Source: Candidatus Eiseniibacteriota bacterium (lineage in GTDB: Bacteria > Orphanbacterota > Orphanbacteria > Orphanbacterales > Orphanbacteraceae). From it: a stretch of 64,000 nucleotides of DNA. Below the pieces are notes generated by a model. The model made no database searches. It worked only from the letters and a program-made list of their open reading frames with translations, and had not been told where the DNA came from. The position numbers were made by a program, and so were the translations under genes. Numbering within the stretch: the stretch's first letter is position 1; every line of letters begins with the position of its first letter. The stretch covers positions 114,904 to 178,903 of the forward strand of contig JAFGGD010000026.1 of the NCBI GenBank assembly GCA_016930695.1, read 5' to 3'. Positions 50,242-59,709 of this stretch are shown here, piece by piece.

Positions 50242-51150
50242 ATGGGGCGGATCGCGGCGATCGACCTGGGCACCAACTCGATGAAGCTTCTCGTCGCCGA
50301 CGCCGGCGACGGGGAGATCGAGACGGTGATCGATCGTTTCCGCGTCACCCGGCTCGGCGAGGGGATGGGGGAGCGCCCCCTTCTCCGTGACGGCGCGGTG
50401 GAGAGGAATCTGGAATCTCTCCGCCTCTTCGCCGACGAGGCGAGGGAGGCGGGGGCGCGGCGGATCGTCGCCGCCGGCACCGAGGCGCTCCGCGCCGCCC
50501 GGAACGCCCCGGACTTTTTGGCGCGCGCCGAGCGGGAGTGCGGCGTCGCCGTGGAGATCCTCACCGGAGAGGAGGAGGCTCGCCTCTCCTGGATCGCCGC
50601 ACTCTCCGCCTTCGATCCCATCGAGGGCCCGGTCCTTCTCTTCGATACGGGAGGGGGGAGCACCGAGTTCGTTTTCGGCCGAGGGGGCGCGATCGCGTCG
50701 CGCGCGAGCCTCCCCCTCGGATCGCGCGTTCTCGCCGAAGCGTTTCTCCGGTCGGATCCACCCGGGCCGGAGGAACGGACACGGCTGGACCACCGTCTCG
50801 CCTTCGCCCTCGATGAGCTGGAGGGAGAGGCGGCTCGGGTGATCGGCGTGGGCGGCACCGTCACCACACTCGCCGCCGTCTTCCTCGGCGTGGAGCCGTA
50901 CGACCCGGCCCGCGTCGGCGGCGCGTCGCTCCCCCTCGCCGAGGTGGAGCGCCAGATCACCCTCTACGCTTCCCTCCCCGGCGAGCGGCGGCGGGAGATC
51001 CCCGGTCTCCATCCGGACCGCGCGGATGTGATCCTCGCGGGCGCCGCGCTCGTCCGGGCCGTGCTCCGCCGCTTCGGCGCTCCCTCTCTTCTCGTCAGCG
51101 ATCGGGGCCTCCGCCACGGCCTTCTGATCGACCGTTTCCTCCGCGATTGA
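50242..51150 (+). CDS. Ppx/GppA family phosphatase (short form)
   Basis: 'AAIDLGTNS', 'TRLGEG', 'TEALR.A.N', 'GEEEA', 'DTGGGSTE', 'GGTVTT', 'RADVI', 'GLRHG'. Confidence 0.9.
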   Translation: MGRIAAIDLGTNSMKLLVADAGDGEIETVIDRFRVTRLGEGMGERPLLRDGAVERNLESLRLFADEAREAGARRIVAAGTEALRAARNAPDFLARAERECGVAVEILTGEEEARLSWIAALSAFDPIEGPVLLFDTGGGSTEFVFGRGGAIASRASLPLGSRVLAEAFLRSDPPGPEERTRLDHRLAFALDELEGEAARVIGVGGTVTTLAAVFLGVEPYDPARVGGASLPLAEVERQITLYASLPGERRREIPGLHPDRADVILAGAALVRAVLRRFGAPSLLVSDRGLRHGLLIDRFLRD

Positions 51151-51275
51151 GAGGCGACACGGGCCGCGCGCGGGAGGCGATTTCGCGGGCCGGGCTTGCG
51201 CCATCGCTCTTTTGGGAGGAAAGTAAGGGGAGAGCACCCACCGGCTCGGGACGATCGGAATCACGGAAAAGGAAA

Positions 51276-53378
51276 ATGCGCTCTTTCTCGAGCTTCGCCG
51301 TCCGTTTCCGGGACACGACCACGCGTTTTCGTCTCGGCGCGGCGCTTGCGGCCGCGGCTCTCCTCGCGCTCTTTGCCGCCGGCGCGGGCGCACAGATCGT
51401 CCTCAACGAGATCATGTACAACACGCCCGACTCGCCCGACGTGGAGTGGGTGGAACTGGTGAACGTCTCCGCCGCCGCCGTCGATCTCGATGGCTGGTAC
51501 CTTCTCGACGAAGACGACGGCCACGTTCCCTGCGCGCTCGCCGGCGTTCTCGATCCGGGGGCTTTTCTGGTCGTCGCCGGCGACGACACCCTCTTCGCCG
51601 CCGCCTACCCGGACGTGGAGAACGTGAACCCGAACGTCTTCGGCATGGGACCGGACGGATGGAACCTGGGGAACGGCGGCGACGCGATCCGTCTCTACGA
51701 CGACGACGACGAACTCGCCGACCGCGTGGACTTCGACGACGCCTCCCCCTGGCCGACCGCGCCGGACGGCGACGGTCCCTCGCTGGAGCTGCTGAACCCC
51801 GCCCTCGACAACGCCTCCGCCGTGAGCTGGGCGGCGAGCATCGCCGCCGGCGGGAGCCCGGGAGCGCCGAACACGGTTTACGTGAACGACCAACCGCCGG
51901 CGGTGGGCGCCCTCTCCCGCGACATCCTTCTCCCCGGACCCGCCGACACGGTGACGGTGACCGCCCGCGCTTTCGATGACGACTCCCTCGCGGCCGTGCT
52001 TCTTTACATGGACGACGGGAGCGGCTTCACGCCGGCGCCGATGGCCGACGACGGCCTGCACGGCGACGGCGCCCCGGGCGATTCCCTCTTCGGCGTCCGT
52101 CTCGCCCCGCGTCCCTTCGGCGCGTTGGTCCGCTACTATGTCCTCGCCGAGGACGGCATCAGCCAAACCGCGACCGATCCACCGGACGCCCCGGCCGCCT
52201 ACCATGCCTACACCGTGGGATACGAGCCTCCCATGCTCACGATTTCCGAGGCGCTCGCCGTGAACGATTCCGGCGCCGCCGACGAGATGGGCGAGCGCGA
52301 GGACTGGATCGAGATCCGCAACGGCGGACCGTCGCCGGCCGCGCTCGGCGGAATGTTCCTCACGGACGACTTCGACTCGCCGATGAAATGGGCGCTCCCG
52401 GACACGACGATCCCGGCGGGCGACCATCTGCTCGTCTGGGCCGACGGAGAGCCGGAAGAGGGGCCTCTTCACGCGGACTTCAAGCTCTCCGCCGGCGGTG
52501 AGGAGGTGGGGCTTTTCGAGACGACCGATCACGGGAACGGGCGAATCCACGGATTCACCTTCGGCCCGCAGAGCGCGGATATCTCCTTCGGTTATCTGCC
52601 GGGGGACAACGCGCCCGAGTACCTCGATCCTCCCACGCCGGGCGCGTCCAACGCATCCTCGTCCCCCTACGGCGAAGTCTGCGTCAACGAACTCTTCGCC
52701 GCCTCCACCGCGTCGGGCGGCGAGGACTGGTTGGAGTTGTGGAACCGCGGAGGCGCCGCGGTCGGTCTGGGCGGTTGGTTCCTCTCCGACGATACGAACG
52801 AGCCGGAACGATACCGCATCGCCGACGGGACCTCACTCCCCGCGGGCGCTTTTCTCGTTTTCACCGAAAGCGAACTCGGCTTCGCCTTTTCCGCATCCGG
52901 CGACGAGGCGGTCCTTCTCACGGCGCCGGACGGCGCGACCGGGGTGGACTACTACGACTACGGCCCGCAGATCGCCGGCGCGTCGGTGGGACGCTGGCCC
53001 GATGGAACCGGTTTCTGGAGCGTGATGGAATCCCCCACGCCGGGCGCGCCCAACGGAGACCCGGTCGGGGTGGACGAATCGGCGGCGGCGGCTCCCCCCG
53101 CGGCGGCGCGGATCGCCGCCAACCGGCCGAATCCCTTCAACCCGACGACGACCATCCTCTTCGAGACCTTGAAAAGAGGACGCGCGCGGATCCGCGTCTA
53201 CGACCTCGGCGGGCGGCGTGTCCGCTCTCTCGTGGACGCCTCTCTCGAACCCGGATCGCACGAGGCGCGGTGGGACGGCCGAAACGACGCGGGGCGGCCG
53301 GTGGCCGGCGGATTCTACTTCGCCCGCCTCGAGACGGAAGGTTCCTCGTGCGCGGTGAAGATGCTTCTTCTCCGATGA
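51276..53378 (+). CDS. Secreted protein with three LTD domains and C-terminal FlgD-Ig-type sorting domain
   Basis: Signal peptide ending AGA-Q; LTD motifs 'NEIMYN..EWVEL', 'DWIEIRN', 'DWLELWN'; 'MADDGLHGDG'; tail 'PNPFNP..YDLGGRRV..WDGRN..YFARL..KMLLLR'. Confidence 0.85.
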   Translation: MRSFSSFAVRFRDTTTRFRLGAALAAAALLALFAAGAGAQIVLNEIMYNTPDSPDVEWVELVNVSAAAVDLDGWYLLDEDDGHVPCALAGVLDPGAFLVVAGDDTLFAAAYPDVENVNPNVFGMGPDGWNLGNGGDAIRLYDDDDELADRVDFDDASPWPTAPDGDGPSLELLNPALDNASAVSWAASIAAGGSPGAPNTVYVNDQPPAVGALSRDILLPGPADTVTVTARAFDDDSLAAVLLYMDDGSGFTPAPMADDGLHGDGAPGDSLFGVRLAPRPFGALVRYYVLAEDGISQTATDPPDAPAAYHAYTVGYEPPMLTISEALAVNDSGAADEMGEREDWIEIRNGGPSPAALGGMFLTDDFDSPMKWALPDTTIPAGDHLLVWADGEPEEGPLHADFKLSAGGEEVGLFETTDHGNGRIHGFTFGPQSADISFGYLPGDNAPEYLDPPTPGASNASSSPYGEVCVNELFAASTASGGEDWLELWNRGGAAVGLGGWFLSDDTNEPERYRIADGTSLPAGAFLVFTESELGFAFSASGDEAVLLTAPDGATGVDYYDYGPQIAGASVGRWPDGTGFWSVMESPTPGAPNGDPVGVDESAAAAPPAAARIAANRPNPFNPTTTILFETLKRGRARIRVYDLGGRRVRSLVDASLEPGSHEARWDGRNDAGRPVAGGFYFARLETEGSSCAVKMLLLR

Positions 53379-53550
53379 GCGGCGCGGGAGGGCGCGCGCG
53401 CTGGTGTTCCCCGATCCCGGCGGCGGTCCGCGCGCGATCCGCGTTGACAACCACCCTCTCCATCCTTTAAGAAGCGGCTGGGCCGGCGCGCTCCCCGTCA
53501 CGAGCGCCCGCGGCGCCGCGGTCCGTCCCGGAAGCGTGAGGAGGAAGAAC

Positions 53551-54198
53551 ATGTCCGTACTTTTTCGCAAGGCGCGCGAGCTGGAGGCGGAGATCGACCG
53601 CTATCTCGACGCGGTCCTTCGGGGCGCCGGTGTGTTCCGCGAGGGGATTCGCCTCTACGTGGACGGGCGGATCGAGGAGTTCGAGGAACTCCGGGAGAAG
53701 CTGGACCGGTTCGAGAGCGAAGCCGACGGGCTCCGCCGGAGCATCGAGGACCAGTTGTACAAGAGGCTGTTGATCCCGGAGCACCGGGGGGACGTGCTCG
53801 GCCTGCTCGAGAGCAGCGACCGCGTGCTGAATCAACTCGCCGAGACGATGGCCGGCCTCGCCGTGGAGCGCCCCGAGATCCCCGCCGCGGTGCGGGATCT
53901 CTTCGTGGATCTCGGCGTTTCCGCCGTCGGCGCCGTCGAGTCGATGGCGCTTGCGATTCGCGGCTACCTGAAGGATCCGGGGGCGATGCGAGGCGCCGTC
54001 TGCGACGTATCGGTTCGCGAGAAGGAGACGGACCGGACCGGCGAACGGATTCGACGCTCTCTCTTCGCCGACACCGGGCTCGACCTCTGCCGCAAGCTGC
54101 ACGCCCGCGCCTTCGTGCATCACGTGGAGCGGATCGCCGACGCGGCGGAGGACGTCTGCGACCGGCTCGCCGTGGCCGCCATCAAGCGGGACGTTTGA
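53551..54198 (+). CDS. DUF47 (PhoU-like) phosphate transport accessory protein
   Basis: 'ESEADGLRR', 'RGDVLGLLE..D', 'EKETD', 'IADAAEDVCD'; GAGG RBS; coupled to PiT. Confidence 0.85.
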   Translation: MSVLFRKARELEAEIDRYLDAVLRGAGVFREGIRLYVDGRIEEFEELREKLDRFESEADGLRRSIEDQLYKRLLIPEHRGDVLGLLESSDRVLNQLAETMAGLAVERPEIPAAVRDLFVDLGVSAVGAVESMALAIRGYLKDPGAMRGAVCDVSVREKETDRTGERIRRSLFADTGLDLCRKLHARAFVHHVERIADAAEDVCDRLAVAAIKRDV

Positions 54199-55223
54199 TG
54201 TCCGTTCCGACGATCGTTCTCTTTCTACTCAGCGGCCTCTTTCTCGGCTGGAGCCTCGGCGCCAACGACGCCGCGAACGTGTTCGGCACCGCCGTCGGGA
54301 GCCGGATGATCGGCTTTCGGACGGCGGCGGCGGTGACGGCGGCGTTCGTGATGCTGGGCGCGGTGCTGGAGGGGGACGGCGCGACCCGTACGCTGGAGAG
54401 CCTCGGCGCCGTGCGGTCCCTCTCCGGTTCCTTCGTGGTCGCCCTCGCGGCGGCGGTGACGGTGACGCTGATGACCCGCGCGGGCCTCCCCGTCTCGACC
54501 TCCCAGGCGATCGTCGGCGGCATCCTCGGCTGGAACCTTTACCACGGCTCGCCGATCGACGAAGACGCGCTCCTCCGCATCGTCACCGGATGGGCGGCCG
54601 GCCCGATTCTGGCGGGGCTTCTCGCCGCCGGTCTCTTCCTCGCGGTGCGCGCCTGGGCGCGGCGATCGAGAATCCACATCCTGGAATGGGACGCCGCCAC
54701 GCGGATCGCCCTCCTGGTGGTGGGCGCTTTCGGAGCGTACAGTTTAGGAGCAAATAACATCGCGAACGTCGTCGGCGTCTTCGTCCCCGTCTCTCCCTTT
54801 CACGATTTTCAAATCGGCCCCCTCGCCGTCGACGCCGCCCGCCCCCTTTTTCTGGTCGGCGCGGCCGCGATCGGCGTGGGCATCTTCACCGACTCGCGCC
54901 GGGTGATGCGCACGGTCGGCCACGATCTTTTCCGGCTCACGCCGATCGCCGCGCTGGTGGCGGTCGCCGCCGAATCGGTGGTGCTCTACCTCTTCGCGTC
55001 CGGGGCGCTCCGGGCCCGGCTCATCGGGGCGGGTCTCCCCGCCTTCCCGCTGGTTCCGATCTCCAGCTCGCAGGTGGTGATCGGCGCCGTGCTCGGAATC
55101 GGCCTCGCCAAGGGGAGGAGGGGGGTGCGGTTCGGGCTGCTGGGGAAGATCGCCGCGGGGTGGGCGGTGACGCCGCTTTTGGCCGCCCTTCTCTGCTTCG
55201 CGGCGCTCGCGGCGCTTCGCTGA
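54198..55223 (+). CDS. PiT family inorganic phosphate transporter
   Basis: 'GANDAANVFGTAVGS', 'PVSTSQ', 'GANNIAN', 'PISSSQ'. Confidence 0.92.
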   Translation: MSVPTIVLFLLSGLFLGWSLGANDAANVFGTAVGSRMIGFRTAAAVTAAFVMLGAVLEGDGATRTLESLGAVRSLSGSFVVALAAAVTVTLMTRAGLPVSTSQAIVGGILGWNLYHGSPIDEDALLRIVTGWAAGPILAGLLAAGLFLAVRAWARRSRIHILEWDAATRIALLVVGAFGAYSLGANNIANVVGVFVPVSPFHDFQIGPLAVDAARPLFLVGAAAIGVGIFTDSRRVMRTVGHDLFRLTPIAALVAVAAESVVLYLFASGALRARLIGAGLPAFPLVPISSSQVVIGAVLGIGLAKGRRGVRFGLLGKIAAGWAVTPLLAALLCFAALAALR

Positions 55224-55245
55224 GGGGCGCGCGGCTCCGCCCCTT

Positions 55246-58224
55246 TTACTCCGGATCGGGCATGAACTCCTCGACCAGCGCGTCGAGGCGGACGGCGACC
55301 CGCTCCTGATGGCGGTGGAAGTCGTCGACCAGCTTTTGCCGGGCCGTCACTCCCTTCGAATCGCGATAGCCGAGGATCCGGGCGGGAAGATCGAACTGCA
55401 TCGGATCGAGGCGGTTCATGGGGGCGATCGTGAGGCGGTAGACGTCCCGGAGGCGGTTCAGGAAATTGTAGGATTCTTTGAGTTCCAAAAATTCCTGGTG
55501 TCGCGAGGCGTTGTGCTCCGCCAGCACGTCCCAGAAGCGGCCGCCCAGCGGCTCGGGGATTTCGAAGATCACCTTCCAGAGGAGCATCCCCACTTCCAGA
55601 TCCCGGAGACCGCCGCGACCTTCCTTGATGTTGAAGCTGAGATAATCCCCTTTCCCCTTGACGTAGAGATGGCGGGAGTAGATTTCGCGGATCACCATCC
55701 GGGTGTAGGTGTCCTTTTGCGAATGGATGCAGCCGTGGATGATCCGGTCCTGGAATTCCTTTTCCAGGCGGCCGCTCCCCACGATGAGCCGCGCGCCGAC
55801 GAGCTGGGACATCTCCACGTAGAGGTCCTCGTCGGGCGCTTCCCGGAGGAACTCCTCGAGCTGGGAGAAGCGGCAGACGTAGCCGCCGAACCGGTCGGCG
55901 AAGCGGTGCTGAGGCATGATCCCCCGGCGGCTGATCTCGCGGTTGAGGCGGGTCAGGATCTGGTTCGAGTAGTGGTAGATCTCGGCGTCGTCGGAGTTCA
56001 GCAGCACGACGAGATCGTAGTCGTCCTGATGCGCGCGCTCCCGGCCGTGGCCGCCGGCGACGAAGAGGGCGAGGAGGTCGTGGGTGAGGATGCGGGTCCC
56101 CAGCCGCGCGTCCACCTCGGCCTTGCAGACGTCGAAGAGAAGCTGCAGCCAGTGATCGGCGAATTCGGTGAACTCCCGGTCGAGCTGTTCCAGCGGACGC
56201 CCCTGCAGCGTGGCGAGACCGATCCGCAGGTACTGCACGTCGTAATAGGCGCCCAGCTCCTCCTTCTGTTTCTCCGGTGAGTCGAGTCGCATCAGGTCCG
56301 CCAAAATCCCCTGGGTGATCCGCTTCAGTTTTTCCGGCTCGCCGAAATAGAGGAGGTACTCGGGATTTTGCTCGCCGACGCGGGTGATGGCGCGCTTGAA
56401 GAAGCGGCTGGAGTTCAGGAGGATTTCGCAGAAACGAAGCAGGCGGGCCTGCCAAGCCTTCACCTCCGAGTCCCACACGTCGCCGGAAACCTTTTCATGA
56501 AAGACGCGCTGCGATTCTTCGTCCACGAGCGACAGGTAGCCGTGGACCAACTCCGGGAAGTGAATGAACACGGTGGAGAAACGGCGGATCTCGTCCGGCG
56601 TCCCCTGGATCGAATCGAGAAAAGCGCGGTTCAGCCGGTCGAAAATTTCCTGCCCCTCGTGCCGGCTTCCCGGGCCGCCGAGGATCGACAGGAGGCGGAG
56701 AAGCGTGTAGAAGGTTTCGTGGCCCCAGTAGGCGTAGTAGTTGACGATCTGCTGTCGCCGCATCTCGTCGAGGAGGTAGAGATCGCGGATGAACGCCTTG
56801 AGAAGCCCCGTCTCTTCGTCTTCGAGCGCCTCCAAGAGGTCGTCCCAGTATTTGATCCCGTGGAAGTAGCGGACCCGTTTCAGGAAATCCACCGCCAGGT
56901 TCGGCCGATCGGGAGAGTCCACGGGCTCGTCCGCCGAACGAACCCACTCGGCGAAGACGGTGATCTTTTTGATGTGTTCCCGGATCTCCGGCACCAGCGC
57001 ACGGATCCGTTTGCGGCCGTTGGCGACGTGCTCGCCGTAGTGGACCAGCAGCTGCTGCCAGGCGGGGATCACGCCGGCGTCCTCGTAGCCCATGGCGTGG
57101 GCCACCTTCTGCAGGCACTCCTGCTCGTTCGGATCGGCGAGATCGATCTCCTCTTCCTGGGCGGAGAACTGTTGGTAGAGATGCCGGAAGGTCTCGACGA
57201 ACACGTAGTTTCTCTCGAGCGCCTGCACCGGACCGCCGCGCCCCTTGAGGATCTTCTCCATCGCCTGCAGCACGCTCCAGGTGTCGGAGTCCTTGATGCG
57301 ATGCATGGTCCGGAAACTGAAGAGGGTGCCGCTCATCAGCCGGAGGAGGTCTTCCTTCGGGTTGATGTGCTGCGGGGCGTGGGGCCAGAGAAGGAGCGAT
57401 TCGATCTCGCCGAGAAGCCCGCGCACGTAGCCCTCGTGTTCGCGGATCACCTTGCGTTTGCGGTAGTAGTAGCGGTTGTGCACTTCGCGCTTGAAGCGAT
57501 TGAGGAGCGCCTCGCTTCCCACCAGCCGCTCGGCGGAGAGGATCTCGGTGACGCTGACGAAGTCGAGGATCCTCTTGTCCAGGCGCTTTCGGTACTCGTC
57601 GATGGAGACGATGTATCCCTCGCCGCCGACGTGCTCGGAGAGGTAGAAGTCGGGCACGCTCGCCCAGCGCATCATTTCCCGAGCCATCTTCGCGATCGCC
57701 TTGTTCAGATTGACCCGGGATGCGGAGCCGTCGTCGATGATCCCCAGGTCCACGTCGTCCTGGTGGAAGCGCGTCCCCACGGTGCAGACCACGTACTCCG
57801 GGCAGGGCGTGTCGGCGAGGAAGATGCCGAGGAGGCGATTCATGTAGGCGCGGATCAGGGTGTTGAAATCGTCCCGGGCGCGATGAAGGAAGTCGCGGTA
57901 GGCGATGATCCGGTCCTCGGTGGCGGCGGCGGTGCGGCTCAGATGGTCCACCGACCGGATGTTCATGAGAAGGTACTGGATGGCGTAGTAGCAGCCGAGG
58001 TGGCTCAGCTTCTCCGGATCGTTCAGGCTGGCCTGAAGGACCGTGTCCATCTCGGATTCCACGTCGGCGGCGGGACTCCGGAGATGGACGCGGTCGAAGG
58101 TGCCCGATTCTTCGAGACGGTCGATCAGGCTGCGGCCGTGCCTCTCCACGGCGTGGATGTACTTCCGCCGGTGGTTGCCCAGCTCCTGGGCGCGTTCCTC
58201 CATCCGGTGGAAATAACGCAGCAT
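55246..58224 (-). CDS. Divergent GlnE/GlnD-like protein with two nucleotidyltransferase modules
   Basis: 'VGTRFHQDDVDLG' and 'AGGHGRERAHQDDYDL'; 'ARLIVGS'; 'NIKEGRGGLRDLE'; 'Y.FL..LR'. Confidence 0.7.
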   Translation of the reverse strand: MLRYFHRMEERAQELGNHRRKYIHAVERHGRSLIDRLEESGTFDRVHLRSPAADVESEMDTVLQASLNDPEKLSHLGCYYAIQYLLMNIRSVDHLSRTAAATEDRIIAYRDFLHRARDDFNTLIRAYMNRLLGIFLADTPCPEYVVCTVGTRFHQDDVDLGIIDDGSASRVNLNKAIAKMAREMMRWASVPDFYLSEHVGGEGYIVSIDEYRKRLDKRILDFVSVTEILSAERLVGSEALLNRFKREVHNRYYYRKRKVIREHEGYVRGLLGEIESLLLWPHAPQHINPKEDLLRLMSGTLFSFRTMHRIKDSDTWSVLQAMEKILKGRGGPVQALERNYVFVETFRHLYQQFSAQEEEIDLADPNEQECLQKVAHAMGYEDAGVIPAWQQLLVHYGEHVANGRKRIRALVPEIREHIKKITVFAEWVRSADEPVDSPDRPNLAVDFLKRVRYFHGIKYWDDLLEALEDEETGLLKAFIRDLYLLDEMRRQQIVNYYAYWGHETFYTLLRLLSILGGPGSRHEGQEIFDRLNRAFLDSIQGTPDEIRRFSTVFIHFPELVHGYLSLVDEESQRVFHEKVSGDVWDSEVKAWQARLLRFCEILLNSSRFFKRAITRVGEQNPEYLLYFGEPEKLKRITQGILADLMRLDSPEKQKEELGAYYDVQYLRIGLATLQGRPLEQLDREFTEFADHWLQLLFDVCKAEVDARLGTRILTHDLLALFVAGGHGRERAHQDDYDLVVLLNSDDAEIYHYSNQILTRLNREISRRGIMPQHRFADRFGGYVCRFSQLEEFLREAPDEDLYVEMSQLVGARLIVGSGRLEKEFQDRIIHGCIHSQKDTYTRMVIREIYSRHLYVKGKGDYLSFNIKEGRGGLRDLEVGMLLWKVIFEIPEPLGGRFWDVLAEHNASRHQEFLELKESYNFLNRLRDVYRLTIAPMNRLDPMQFDLPARILGYRDSKGVTARQKLVDDFHRHQERVAVRLDALVEEFMPDPE

Positions 58225-58261
58225 GTTCGGCGTCCGGGGTTCGGTCGGCGGGCCGGCCGGC

Positions 58262-58828
58262 TCAGGCGGATTCGGGCGACCCTTTGTCCAGCTCCTCCGC
58301 CATGGAGAGGCCGAGATCGAAAGCCTTGATGTTGATCTCCTCGGTCCCCTTCGGCACCCGGGTGAGGATCGCCTCGCGCACCGATTCCGCCGAGACCACC
58401 CGGGCGAAGCGGGTGATGATGCCGAGGGCGACGATGTTCCCCACGATCTCCCGGTTCAGTTTCTCCCGGGCGGCGCGGATCACCGGCGCGCGGAGCGCCC
58501 GGAAGGAGCCCTCGGGAACGCGCCGCACGGCGTCCTCGTCGACGAGAAGGAGGCCGTCCGGCTTCAGATCGCCGATGTAGCGGTCGCACGCTTCCTGCGT
58601 GAGGGCGAGAAGAAGATCGAGTTCGACCGCCTTCGGGAAGTCGATGTCCTCGTCGGAGAGGATCACTTCGGAACGGCTCGCACCGCCCCGCGCCTCCGGG
58701 CCGTAGGACTGGCTCTGGGTGGCGTTGATCCCTTCGTAGATGGCGGCCGCTTCCGCGAAGATCTTCCCGGCGAGAACCAGTCCCTGGCCGCCCTCGCCGC
58801 TCAAACGCATTTCATAGCGGAAGCTCAT
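58262..58828 (-). CDS. korC: 2-oxoacid:ferredoxin oxidoreductase gamma subunit
   Basis: 'SGEGGQG', 'QSYGPEARGGAS', 'NIVALG', 'NIKAF'; start moved to ATG 58828. Confidence 0.9.
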   Translation of the reverse strand: MSFRYEMRLSGEGGQGLVLAGKIFAEAAAIYEGINATQSQSYGPEARGGASRSEVILSDEDIDFPKAVELDLLLALTQEACDRYIGDLKPDGLLLVDEDAVRRVPEGSFRALRAPVIRAAREKLNREIVGNIVALGIITRFARVVSAESVREAILTRVPKGTEEINIKAFDLGLSMAEELDKGSPESA

Positions 58829-59709
58829 AGCTCCTCTCCTTCCGCGCGGGCGGCCCGGGCGGAGATCGTCTCCCGCTCGGGAAGGACCGGTTCTCCGCGC
58901 TCGGCCCGGGACCGCTCGATCAGCCGGTCGTAAAGCTCGCAGTATTCCGGCTTCTCCACATCCGCGAGAACGCCGGTGATCAGTTTGCCTTTTAACTCTT
59001 CTTCGGTCATCGTCTCGGCCTTTTTCCGGCCGACCACGCTTTCTTTGATCCAGGCCAGGTTGTCGAGAGGTTTCCCCATCTTGTTGTGCCGGCCGAAGGA
59101 GGTGGGGCATGGGGTGAACGCCTCGATGAGGGAGAAACCCTTCTTGAGGATTCCCTGCTCGATGTAGCGGCTCATCTGCACGGGGTTGGTGACCGTGCCC
59201 CGGGCCACGAAGGAGGCGCCGGCGGCGATGGCGAGTTTGGAGATGTCGAAGGAGCCTTCGGGGTTGCCGAACTTGGCGGTGGTGGCCCGCATGCCGTGGG
59301 GGGTGGTGGGCGAGCACTGGCCGCCGGTCATGCCGTAGATCCAGTTGTTGTAGAGCACCACCGTGATGTCGATGTTGCGGCGGGCGGCGTGGATGAAGTG
59401 GTTGCCGCCGATGGCGGTGGCGTCGCCGTCGCCGGTCACCACGACGACCGTCAGCTCCGGGTTCGCCAGCTTGATGCCGGTGGCGAAGGCGAGGGCGCGG
59501 CCGTGCGTGGTGTGCAGCGTGTTGAAGTCCACGTAGCCCGTGGCGCGGCTCGAACATCCGATCCCGGAGACCATGGTGACCTTGTTCTGGTCCAGGCCGA
59601 TCCGGTCGACGGCGCCGAGCATCGCCTTCAGGATGATCCCGTTGCCGCAGCCGGGGCACCAGATCAGCGGCATCTTGTCTTTTCGGAGGTATTTCGTGAG
59701 ATCCATCAT
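58825..59709 (-). CDS. korB: 2-oxoacid:ferredoxin oxidoreductase beta subunit
   Basis: 'WCPGCG', 'SGIGCS', 'HGRA', TPP motif 'GDGD..NN..YGMTGGQ', 'PCPT'. Confidence 0.93.
   Translation of the reverse strand: MMDLTKYLRKDKMPLIWCPGCGNGIILKAMLGAVDRIGLDQNKVTMVSGIGCSSRATGYVDFNTLHTTHGRALAFATGIKLANPELTVVVVTGDGDATAIGGNHFIHAARRNIDITVVLYNNWIYGMTGGQCSPTTPHGMRATTAKFGNPEGSFDISKLAIAAGASFVARGTVTNPVQMSRYIEQGILKKGFSLIEAFTPCPTSFGRHNKMGKPLDNLAWIKESVVGRKKAETMTEEELKGKLITGVLADVEKPEYCELYDRLIERSRAERGEPVLPERETISARAARAEGEEL

Noticed and set aside
53444-53473. Promoter upstream of DUF47-PiT
   Set aside because: TTGACA is perfect but the -10 at 17-18 nt spacing is poor, and I see no clear Pho box
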